Assembly (NCBI GenBank): GCA_021372775.1
Contig: JAJFTU010000022.1
Coordinates: 1 to 24,347 of the forward strand
Origin: a bacterium
Lineage (GTDB): Bacteria; Acidobacteriota; Polarisedimenticolia; J045
Length of the DNA stretch: 24,347 bases
Direction: 5' to 3'
In this document: piece after piece, positions 17,116 through 24,347 of the stretch
Layout: each line of letters begins with the position of its first letter
Numbering within the stretch: the stretch's first letter is position 1
The notes under the pieces: generated by a model
The model's database searches: none
Told to the model about the DNA's origin: nothing
Seen by the model: the letters and a program-made list of their open reading frames with translations, nothing else
Translations under genes and position numbers: made by a program

Positions 17116-18816
17116 ATGGCGACCTGCGCCCCGATGTTGGACGGCGGAGCGGCCGCGGCTGCGGTCGGAGCGTCCGTCCGGAGTCTCCGCGAAGCGGCGG
17201 GGAGGCTCGAAGCGCTCTTCTGCGGGGCGGGCGGCCGTCTGGCCGAACTCCACGCCCGCGCGCTCGACATCGCGTCGCGCTCGACGGCGGAGGCGGAGCG
17301 GCTCGGCGGCGACGAACTGCGCGCCGCGCGGGACGAGATGCTCGACCTTCTCGACCGCCTCGACCGCTACGCCGCGACCTCCGGCGAGCAGATCGAGCGG
17401 GCCGAACGACGGCTCGGCGAGCTGCTCGAGGCGCTGGACGCCGCCACGTCGCGCATCCCGCAGTTCGAGCGGCTGGTCCAAATGCTGCGGATCCTCGGCA
17501 TCTCGACGAAGATCGAAAGCTCGCGCCTCTCCCGCAGCGACATCGGCTTCGACACCCTGTCCAAGAACGTCGAGGCGCTGGCGATGCGGATCCGCGCCAA
17601 GACCGACGATCTCGCCTCGCTCGGCGGTGGCCTCGCCGCGCGGGCGCGGGCGTCGGCGGCCCGGGCGCGCGACCTGCGGTCGGCCCGCTGCGGCCGCTTC
17701 GCCGCGGCGATCGCCGAGACCCGCGCCAGCGCCGACCTGCTCGCCTCGAGCTGCGCGCGCGGCGCGCGGGCCGCGGCGGCGGCGGCGGAGACGACGAGCC
17801 AGGTCGCCGCGGCGGTCGGCGACATCGTCACCTCGATGCAGTTCCACGACATCACGCGGCAGGAGCTCGAGCACGTGCGCGAGGCGGTCGCCGAGCTGTC
17901 GTTCGCCGACGAAGGCGCCGGGCGCGTCTGCGCGCTGCAGGCGGCGCAGCTGGGCAACTCCCGCGGCCGGCTGGCCGCCGCGGTCGCCTCGGCGCGCGAG
18001 AGCTTCGGCGGCATCGGGCGGCGGCTCACGCTCCTCGCCGGGACGACCGGCGAGCGCGACGCCGGCGCGGGCGCCGGGTCGCTCGAGCGGCTGGACCGGT
18101 CGCTCGTGCCGGTGGCCGACGAGCTGGCCGCCGACGAGGCGTCGTACGGCGCGCTGGCCGAAGTGACCGACGCGGTCGCGTCCGCGGCCGAGGACATGTC
18201 GCGCCTCGCCGCCGAGATCGAGTCGATCGGAGCGGAGGTCGGGCGGATCGCGCTCAACGCCAGCGTGAAGGCGGCCCACACCGGCGCGGAAGGGGCCGCG
18301 CTCGGCGTGCTCGCGGAGGAGATCCAGCGGCTGGCGACCGACACCCGCCGGCGCACCGGCGAGCTCGCCGCGCCGCTCCGCGGCGTGGCCGCGGCCGCCG
18401 CGGAGATCCGGCGCGACGTGAAGGGCGCGGAGAGCTCCGGCGCGCACGGGTCGGGGAAGGGGCTCGGCGACGAGATGCGCCGCCTGGCCGCGAACCTCTC
18501 CGCCTTCGCCGGGCGCGGCGCCGCCGCCGGGATCGAGCGGGACGCCCGTTCCCTCGCCTCGGAGCTGGACGCCGTCGCCGCCGGCTTCGCCGGCCACGCC
18601 GCGGTGGACGGCGAGCTCGCGGACGTGGAGCGGGCGCTGCGCGGCGCGGCCGAGGCCTGCGGCGCCTCGGAGCTCGACGCGGACGATCTCGCGCACTTGG
18701 CGGCCCGGTACACGACCGGCGCCGAGCGGCGCGTGCACGAAGAACTGATCGGCGGCGTCGCGGGCGCTCCCGGCGAGGCCGCGGGCGAATTCGGCGACAA
18801 CGTCGAGCTGTTCTAG
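17116..18816 (+). CDS. Soluble, atypical MCP-like protein. It has no TM segment, two degenerate MCP signalling-tip-like motifs and a central CheZ-like D-x3-Q motif.
   Basis: Residues 126-158 'ILGISTKIESSRLSRSDIGFDTLSKNVEALAMR' and 371-405 'IGAEVGRIALNASVKAAHTGAEGAALGVLAEEIQRLATDT' both follow the canonical MCP tip pattern 'ILALNAAIEAARAGEqGRGFAVVAdEVRkLAerT'. 'SMQFHDITRQELEHV' at residues 240-254 resembles the CheZ active-site segment 'AQDFQDLTGQVIKRM'. The protein is first in an operon with STAS-CheY-CheA-MCP. The start codon is uncertain. Confidence 0.55.
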   Translation: MATCAPMLDGGAAAAAVGASVRSLREAAGRLEALFCGAGGRLAELHARALDIASRSTAEAERLGGDELRAARDEMLDLLDRLDRYAATSGEQIERAERRLGELLEALDAATSRIPQFERLVQMLRILGISTKIESSRLSRSDIGFDTLSKNVEALAMRIRAKTDDLASLGGGLAARARASAARARDLRSARCGRFAAAIAETRASADLLASSCARGARAAAAAAETTSQVAAAVGDIVTSMQFHDITRQELEHVREAVAELSFADEGAGRVCALQAAQLGNSRGRLAAAVASARESFGGIGRRLTLLAGTTGERDAGAGAGSLERLDRSLVPVADELAADEASYGALAEVTDAVASAAEDMSRLAAEIESIGAEVGRIALNASVKAAHTGAEGAALGVLAEEIQRLATDTRRRTGELAAPLRGVAAAAAEIRRDVKGAESSGAHGSGKGLGDEMRRLAANLSAFAGRGAAAGIERDARSLASELDAVAAGFAGHAAVDGELADVERALRGAAEACGASELDADDLAHLAARYTTGAERRVHEELIGGVAGAPGEAAGEFGDNVELF

Positions 18817-18825
18817 GAGGACGCG

Positions 18826-19179
18826 ATGGAAGCGACGTGGGCGATCGACGACGGCGTGGGGACGCTCGCGCTCGGCGGCGCGCTGACGATCGAGTCGGCG
18901 GCGGAACTGAAGGCCGCCCTGCTTCGCGCGTTGGACGAGGCGCCGGTCGTGGCGCTGCGCTTCGAGGACGACGCGCGGCCGGACGTCTCCTGCGTGCAGC
19001 TGCTCTGCGCCGCGCACCGCTCGGCGATGCGGCGCGGAACGACCTTCGCGCTCCGCGGACCGCTGCCCGCGACGCTCGCCGCGGTCGTGGGCGAGTTCGC
19101 GCCCTGCGTTCCGGGCGCCGCGGCCGGCGCGGTCTGCCTGTGGGAAGGAAGGGGGGACGGATGTCAAAAGAGATCCTGA
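18826..19179 (+). CDS. STAS-domain protein (anti-sigma-factor-antagonist fold).
   Basis: 'TLALGGALTIESAAELKAALLRAL...VVALRFEDDARPDVSCVQLLCAAHRSAMRRGTTFALRG' has the STAS/SpoIIAA-like pattern. The canonical phosphorylatable Ser of the 'DSSGL' motif is absent here, where the sequence reads 'LCAAH'. A strong RBS AGGAGG lies 5 nt upstream. The 3' end overlaps the cheY start by 19 nt. Confidence 0.55.
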   Translation: MEATWAIDDGVGTLALGGALTIESAAELKAALLRALDEAPVVALRFEDDARPDVSCVQLLCAAHRSAMRRGTTFALRGPLPATLAAVVGEFAPCVPGAAAGAVCLWEGRGDGCQKRS

Positions 19180-19529
19180 TCGTCGACGACTCGACGAGCA
19201 TGCGGCAGATGGTCGCGTTCACCCTGCGGGGCGCCGGCTACGCCGTGCTCGAGGCGGCGGACGGGCGCGAGGCGCTCGACCGCTTCTCGGCCTCGCCCGA
19301 GGTGGGGCTGGTCGTCACCGACCTCAACATGCCGAACCTCGACGGGATCGGGCTGATCAAGGCGCTGCGGGCGCAGCCGCGCGGGCGCTTCCTGCCGATC
19401 CTGATGCTGACCACCGAATCCCAGGACGCGCGGAAGCAGGAGGGGAAGGCCGCCGGCGCGACGGGATGGATCGTCAAGCCGTTCCGCCCCGAACAGCTGG
19501 TGGCGGTCGTGCAGAAGGTGCTCAAGTGA
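19161..19529 (+). CDS. cheY: Chemotaxis response regulator CheY.
   Basis: 'ILIVDDSTSMRQMVAFTLRGAGYAVLEAADGREALD...VVTDLNMPNLDGIGLIKALR...ILMLTTESQ...GATGWIVKPF' is a single REC domain with the CheY-type 'TDxNMP' motif and K-P-F. The stop overlaps the GTG start of cheA. Confidence 0.85.
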   Translation: MSKEILIVDDSTSMRQMVAFTLRGAGYAVLEAADGREALDRFSASPEVGLVVTDLNMPNLDGIGLIKALRAQPRGRFLPILMLTTESQDARKQEGKAAGATGWIVKPFRPEQLVAVVQKVLK

Positions 19530-21631
19530 TCGACCAGCATCGCGCGGCGTTCGTGGAGGAGGCGACCGAGCTGCTCGGGGAGCTCGAGACGACCCTCCTG
19601 ACGCTCGAGGAGAACCCTCGGGACCGCGAGATCATCGACCGCGTCTTCCGCGCCCTGCACACGATCAAGGGCTCCGGGGCGATGTTCGGCTTCGACGCCG
19701 TCGCCGCCTTCACCCACGAGCTGGAGACCGCGTTCGACCGCGTGCGCCGCGGCGAGCTCGAGGTCTCGACCGCGCTGATCGAGCTGACGCTCGCCGCGCG
19801 CGACCACATCCGCGACCTGCTCGACGTCGAGGGGACGCCGGACGAAGTGCAGCGGGTCCGCGGCGCCGCGGTCGTCGAGGCGCTGCTCGCGCTCTGCCCG
19901 CGCCGGGACGCGCCGGCCGCCGCGGCGGAGGCGCCCCGCGCCCCGTCGTCGTCGGCCGCCGCGGCCGGCGCGGAAACGACGTACCGGATCCGCTTCAAGC
20001 CGCCGGCCGACATCTTCCTGCGCGGCGGCGACCCCTCGGCGCTGATGGCCGAGCTGGCCGGCCTCGGCGCGCTGCGCTTCGCGCTGCGGACCGACGATCT
20101 CCCGCCGCTCGAGGAACTCGACCCCGAACAGTGCCGCTGCTCCTGGGAGGCGGTCCTGACGACGAGCCGGCCGCTCGACGACGTGCGGAACGTCTTCGTC
20201 TTCTTCGAGGACGACGCCGAGCTGCGGATCGACGTCGTCGACGTGGACGCCGACGAAGGGGCGCCGCCGAAGCGGCTGGGCGAGATCCTCGTCGAACGCG
20301 GCGACGTCTCCGAGGACGCGGTGCGGGCCGCGCTGGCGACGCAGCGGCGGATCGGCGACGTCCTGATCGAGCAGGGGCTCGTGTCGCCGGCCAAGGTCCA
20401 CGCCGCGGCGGTCGAGCAGAAGGCGGTGCAGGACGCGCGGACGAAGCGCCAGACGGCCGAGGCGGCGTCGAGCGTGCGGGTCGCCGCGGAGCGGCTCGAC
20501 CAACTCGTCAACCTCGTCGGGGAGCTGGTCACCGTGCAGGCGCGCTTCTCGGCGACCGCGCTGCGGCGCGGCGACCAGGAGCTCGCCGCGCTGGCCGAGG
20601 AGGTCGAGCGGCTGACCTGGGAGCTGCGCGACACGGCGATGAACATGCGGATGCTGCCGATGGGGGCGACGTTCGCCAAGTTCCGCCGCCTCGTGCGCGA
20701 CCTGGCCCGCGACCTCGGCAAGGAAGTGGAGCTGGAGACCGAAGGGGCGGAGACCGAGCTCGACAAGACGGTCATCGACCGCCTCGGCGAGCCGCTGGTC
20801 CACCTCGTGCGCAACGCCGTGGACCACGGCATCGAGGCGCCGGAGGCGCGCGCGGAGCGGGGCAAGCCCCGCGCCGGCACGGTGCGGCTCTCCGCGGCGC
20901 ACATGGGGGCGAGCGTCGTCGTCGAAGTGCGCGACGACGGCGCCGGCCTCGACGCGGAGGCGATCCGCGCCAAGGCGGTCGAGCGGGGGCTGCTCCCGCC
21001 GGGCGCCGAGCCGTCGGAGCAGGACCTCTTCGCGCTGATCTTCCATCCGGGGTTCTCGACGGCGAAGCAGGTGTCGAGCGTCTCCGGGCGCGGCGTCGGG
21101 ATGGACGTCGTGAAGCAGGCGATCGACGCGCTGCACGGGCAGATCGAGGTCCGCTCGCGGCGCGGCGAGGGCACCACCGTCGCGGTCAAGCTGCCGCTGA
21201 CGTTGGCGATCATCGACGGCCTTCTCGTCGGCGTCGGCGGCGAGCGCTACGTCCTGCCGCTCTCCGTCGTGCAGGAGTGCGTGGAGCTGACGCGCGCCGA
21301 CGCGGAGGCGATGCACGGCCGGCGCGTGGCTTCGGTCCGCGGGCGGCTCGTGCCGTACGTGCGGCTGCGCGAGATGTTCGACGAACCGGGCGAGCGGCCG
21401 GCGATCGAGCAGATCGTGATCGTGTCGGCGGAAGGACGCGAGATCGGACTGGTCGTGGACCACATCGTGGGCGAGCACCAGACGGTCATCAAGTCGTTGG
21501 GACGGGTCTACAAGGACATCGTGGAACTTTCGGGCTCGACGATCCTCGGAGACGGCAGCGTCGCGCTGATTCTGGACGTGCCGAAGATCGTCGAGAGGGC
21601 CGAGAACGAGGAGCGCGCGCTCACGGCGTGA
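19526..21631 (+). CDS. cheA: Chemotaxis histidine kinase CheA (Hpt P1, dimerisation, HATPase and CheW-like P5 domains).
   Basis: P1 'FRALHTIKGSGAMFGF' contains the phospho-His. The kinase core has 'HLVRNAVDHGIE' and 'GRGVGMDVVKQAI'. The C-terminal CheW-like domain is 'LLVGVGGERYVLPLSVVQECVEL...EIGLVVDHIVGEHQTVIKSLG'. A GTG start at 19526 is preferred over the in-track ATG at 19466, which lies inside cheY. Confidence 0.85.
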   Translation: MIDQHRAAFVEEATELLGELETTLLTLEENPRDREIIDRVFRALHTIKGSGAMFGFDAVAAFTHELETAFDRVRRGELEVSTALIELTLAARDHIRDLLDVEGTPDEVQRVRGAAVVEALLALCPRRDAPAAAAEAPRAPSSSAAAAGAETTYRIRFKPPADIFLRGGDPSALMAELAGLGALRFALRTDDLPPLEELDPEQCRCSWEAVLTTSRPLDDVRNVFVFFEDDAELRIDVVDVDADEGAPPKRLGEILVERGDVSEDAVRAALATQRRIGDVLIEQGLVSPAKVHAAAVEQKAVQDARTKRQTAEAASSVRVAAERLDQLVNLVGELVTVQARFSATALRRGDQELAALAEEVERLTWELRDTAMNMRMLPMGATFAKFRRLVRDLARDLGKEVELETEGAETELDKTVIDRLGEPLVHLVRNAVDHGIEAPEARAERGKPRAGTVRLSAAHMGASVVVEVRDDGAGLDAEAIRAKAVERGLLPPGAEPSEQDLFALIFHPGFSTAKQVSSVSGRGVGMDVVKQAIDALHGQIEVRSRRGEGTTVAVKLPLTLAIIDGLLVGVGGERYVLPLSVVQECVELTRADAEAMHGRRVASVRGRLVPYVRLREMFDEPGERPAIEQIVIVSAEGREIGLVVDHIVGEHQTVIKSLGRVYKDIVELSGSTILGDGSVALILDVPKIVERAENEERALTA

Positions 21632-21764
21632 GGCCGTCGCGCGGAGGAGAGGCTGCGCAGGAGAGCCCAGGACGGCGGGAGCCGTCGCTGCGTCGCCGGG
21701 CCCGGGGCGGTTGGACCGGGCAAGGCCATGGGCCGGCCGGACGCCAAGTCCGGGGGAGAGCGCC

Positions 21765-24347
21765 ATGTTGGACAACGTGAAGATCGGCAGGAAGCTCGTC
21801 GGCGGGTTCGCCGCCGTCGCCGCCGTCGCCGCCCTCGTCGGCGGGATCGGCGTCGTGACCATCACGCGCACGGACAAGGCGCAGGCCGAGCTGCTGGACC
21901 GCGTCCAGGCGGTCAACGGCGGGCTGGACGCGGCGAACGCCTCCTACGACGCGCTGCGCACCGCCGCGCGGCGCTACGCCGGCGCGAAGACGGCGGGCGA
22001 GCGGGACGGCATGCGGGCCCAGTTCGCCGCCGCCGGCGAGAACTTCGACGCCGCGCTGCGCGGGCTGGACAAGGCCGAGGCGGACGCGACGTCGCGCCGC
22101 GCGCTCGAGGGGGTCCGCGACGCCTGCGTCGCCTACCGCGCCGTGCTGGACAAGGTGGCCGGCCTGATCGACGGCGGCCGCGAGGACCGCGGGCGCGAAC
22201 TCCTCGACACCGACGCCCAGACCGCGGCGGCCCGCGTCGCCGGCGCGACGGCCTCCGCGCGCAAGGACATCTCCGAGCAGGCGAACGCCGCGTCCGACGC
22301 CCTGTCGTCGTCCGCGGACCGCGCCGTCGCGCTGATGATCGTCGTGCTGGTCCTCGGCGTCGCCTTCGCTCTCTTCTTCGGCGTCATGCTCGCCCGTTCG
22401 ATCGCCGCGCCGCTGGCGCAGGGGCTCGAGATGATGCAGGAGCTGGCCCTCGGCCGGCTCGGCCGCCGTCTGCGGCTCGGCCGGCAGGACGAGGTCGGCG
22501 AGTTGGCCCGCGGCATGGACCAGTTCGCGGACCAGCTGTCGGCGATCGCCAAGGAGCTGCGCCGCGTGGGCGACGGCGACCTCGCCGCCTCCCTGACGCC
22601 GCAGTGCGCCGAGGACGAGATCTCCCCGGCCTTCAACCAGACCGTCAAGGCGGTCAACGGCCTCGTCACCGAGATGGAGCGGGTCACCGGCGCGGCCGGC
22701 GGCGGCGACTTCTCGGCCCGCGTCGAGGCGGCGCGCTTCGCCGGCGCCTACCGCGACGTCGCCGAAGGGGTCAACCGGACGCTCGACATCGTGCTCGAGA
22801 AGACCGACTGGTACGAGGCGATCATCGACGCCGTGCCGTTCCCGATCCACGTCACCGACGAAGAGATGAAGTGGACGTTCCTCAACCGGCCGTTCGAGAA
22901 GCTGATGGTCGAGCGCGGCGCCGTGCGCGACCGCAAGGACGCCGTCGGCCGCCCGTGCAGCACGGCCAACGCCAACATCTGCAACTCGCAGGGCTGCGGC
23001 ATCCGCCAGCTCCAGCGCGGGATCAACGAGAGCTTCTTCGACTGGTGCGGCATGAGCTGCAAGCAGGACACCGCCGAGCTGCGCGACCGCAAGGGGAAGA
23101 AGCTGGGCTACGTCGAAGTCGTCACCGACCTGACCTCGATCCTGCGGGCGCAGGACTACACCAACGTCGAAGTCGAGCGGATGGCCGGGAACCTCTCCCG
23201 CCTCGCCGAGGGGCGGCTCGACCTCGACATGACGCTGCCCGAGGCCGACCAGCACACGCAGAAGGTCCGCGCGCAGTTCGGCAAGATCCACGACAGCCTC
23301 TCGCTGGCCAAGGACGCGGTCTCGGCGCTCGTCGACGACGGCAAGATGCTGGCCAAGGCCGCGGTCGAGGGGAAGCTCGCGACGCGCGCCGACGCCTCGC
23401 GCCACAAGGGCGAGTTCCGCGCGGTCGTGCAGGGCGTGAACGACACGCTCGACGCGGTGATCGGCCCGCTGAACGTCGCCGCCGGCTACGTCCACCGGAT
23501 CTCGAAGGGCGAGGTCCCGGAGAAGATCACCGACGCCTACCAGGGCGACTTCAACACGATCAAGAACAACATCAACGCCTGCGTGGACGGCCTCGCCGGG
23601 CTCGTCGAGGCCGACGCGGTGCTGCAGCGGATGGCGGTCAACGACTACACCAAGACCGTCCAGGGGAGCTACGCCGGGATCTTCGCCGACGTCGCCAAGG
23701 CGACCAACCTCGTCCACTCGCGGGTGGACCACACGATCGACATCCTCAAGAGCGCCGCGATCGGCGACCACGCCAAGGACCTCGAGGACCTCAAGCGGGT
23801 CGGCCGGCGGTCGGAACACGACACGCTGATTCCGGCGATGATCCAGCTGCTGGAGGCCAACGACGGCGTCGCGTCGGCGGCGATCGCGCTGTCGAAGGGC
23901 GACCTGCGGCTCGCCGTCAAGGAGCGGTCGGAGAACGACCAGTTGATGCGGGCGATGAAGACGATGATCGCGCGCCTCACCGAGGTCGTCGGCGAGGTCA
24001 AGTCGGCGGCCGAGAACGTCGCCTCCGGCTCGCAGCAGATGAGCAGCGGGGCCGAGGAGCTCTCCTCCGGCGCCAGCGAGCAGGCGGCGGCGGCCGAAGA
24101 GGCTTCCTCCTCGATGGAGGAGATGGCGAGCAACATCCGCCAGAACGCCGACAACGCCAACCAGACGGAGAAGATCGCCGTCAAGGCGGCCGACGACGCG
24201 CGCGAGGGCGGCAAGGCGGTGCAGCAGACGGTCGCCGCGATGAAGGAGATCGCCGAGAAGATCTCGATCATCGAGGAGATCGCGCGGCAGACGAACATGC
24301 TGGCGCTCAACGCGGCGATCGAGGCCGCCCGCGCCGGCGAGCACGGC
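21765..24347 (+). CDS. Large methyl-accepting chemotaxis protein with one TM segment and multiple HAMP-like repeats. The 3' end lies beyond the window.
   Basis: The frame is open from ATG 21765 to the window end (861 codons). It has the 4HB_MCP-like N-terminal TM segment 'AVALMIVVLVLGVAFALFFGVML' followed by HAMP. A Cys-rich insert reads 'CSTANANICNSQGCGIRQL...CGMSC'. The sequence ends in the MCP signalling-domain start '...IARQTNMLALNAAIEAARAGEHG'. RBS GGGGGAGAG lies 4 nt upstream. Confidence 0.8.
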   Translation, partial: MLDNVKIGRKLVGGFAAVAAVAALVGGIGVVTITRTDKAQAELLDRVQAVNGGLDAANASYDALRTAARRYAGAKTAGERDGMRAQFAAAGENFDAALRGLDKAEADATSRRALEGVRDACVAYRAVLDKVAGLIDGGREDRGRELLDTDAQTAAARVAGATASARKDISEQANAASDALSSSADRAVALMIVVLVLGVAFALFFGVMLARSIAAPLAQGLEMMQELALGRLGRRLRLGRQDEVGELARGMDQFADQLSAIAKELRRVGDGDLAASLTPQCAEDEISPAFNQTVKAVNGLVTEMERVTGAAGGGDFSARVEAARFAGAYRDVAEGVNRTLDIVLEKTDWYEAIIDAVPFPIHVTDEEMKWTFLNRPFEKLMVERGAVRDRKDAVGRPCSTANANICNSQGCGIRQLQRGINESFFDWCGMSCKQDTAELRDRKGKKLGYVEVVTDLTSILRAQDYTNVEVERMAGNLSRLAEGRLDLDMTLPEADQHTQKVRAQFGKIHDSLSLAKDAVSALVDDGKMLAKAAVEGKLATRADASRHKGEFRAVVQGVNDTLDAVIGPLNVAAGYVHRISKGEVPEKITDAYQGDFNTIKNNINACVDGLAGLVEADAVLQRMAVNDYTKTVQGSYAGIFADVAKATNLVHSRVDHTIDILKSAAIGDHAKDLEDLKRVGRRSEHDTLIPAMIQLLEANDGVASAAIALSKGDLRLAVKERSENDQLMRAMKTMIARLTEVVGEVKSAAENVASGSQQMSSGAEELSSGASEQAAAAEEASSSMEEMASNIRQNADNANQTEKIAVKAADDAREGGKAVQQTVAAMKEIAEKISIIEEIARQTNMLALNAAIEAARAGEHG

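Overview
This 24.3-kb window is very GC-rich (about 72-75 % by eye). It comes from a bacterium with many chemosensory and two-component genes; the lineage cannot be named from sequence alone. Almost all real genes lie on the + strand, and the many long alternate-frame and antisense ORFs in the track are GC artefacts.

Gene order:
1. 3' end of a methyl-accepting chemotaxis protein (MCP), 2-382, cut by the window edge.
2. Hybrid sensor histidine kinase (HK) with TM-sensor-TM-HAMP-PAS-HisKA-HATPase-REC-Ala/Pro linker-Hpt, 459-3524.
3. Stand-alone receiver-domain (REC) response regulator (RR), 3528-3926.
4. Polytopic membrane protein with a nucleotide-pyrophosphatase/type-I-phosphodiesterase-like (alkaline-phosphatase superfamily) domain, 3956-5704.
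5. A 1,481-bp insertion sequence (IS) at 5708-7188. It has perfect 25-bp terminal inverted repeats (TIRs) beginning CACAGTG and one zinc-ribbon + HTH transposase ORF. Its codon usage is strongly C3-biased, unlike the flanking genes. It sits 3 bp after the stop of gene 4 and 3 bp before a TTGACC -35 element upstream of pyrR.
6. pyrR-pyrB-pyrC with overlapping start/stop codons, then an intrinsic terminator.
7. purC, then a second terminator.
8. A small two-CxxC zinc-ribbon protein (+), a SnoaL/NTF2-like protein (-), a 709-aa flotillin/SPFH protein (+), nagZ (-) and a lipoprotein-type cardiolipin synthase (+).
9. A compact chemosensory operon: a soluble, atypical MCP-like protein, a STAS protein, CheY, CheA and a large multi-HAMP MCP that runs off the 3' end.

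The most unusual items are the soluble MCP-like protein at 17116-18816 and the IS. The MCP-like protein has two degenerate copies of the MCP signalling-tip motif flanking a CheZ-like 'QFHDITRQ' (D-x3-Q) motif, is followed by a STAS protein, and sits in an operon with no CheW/CheR/CheB genes. The IS has a third, partial TIR-like copy between its right end and the pyrR start codon.

No tRNA, rRNA or CRISPR was seen.
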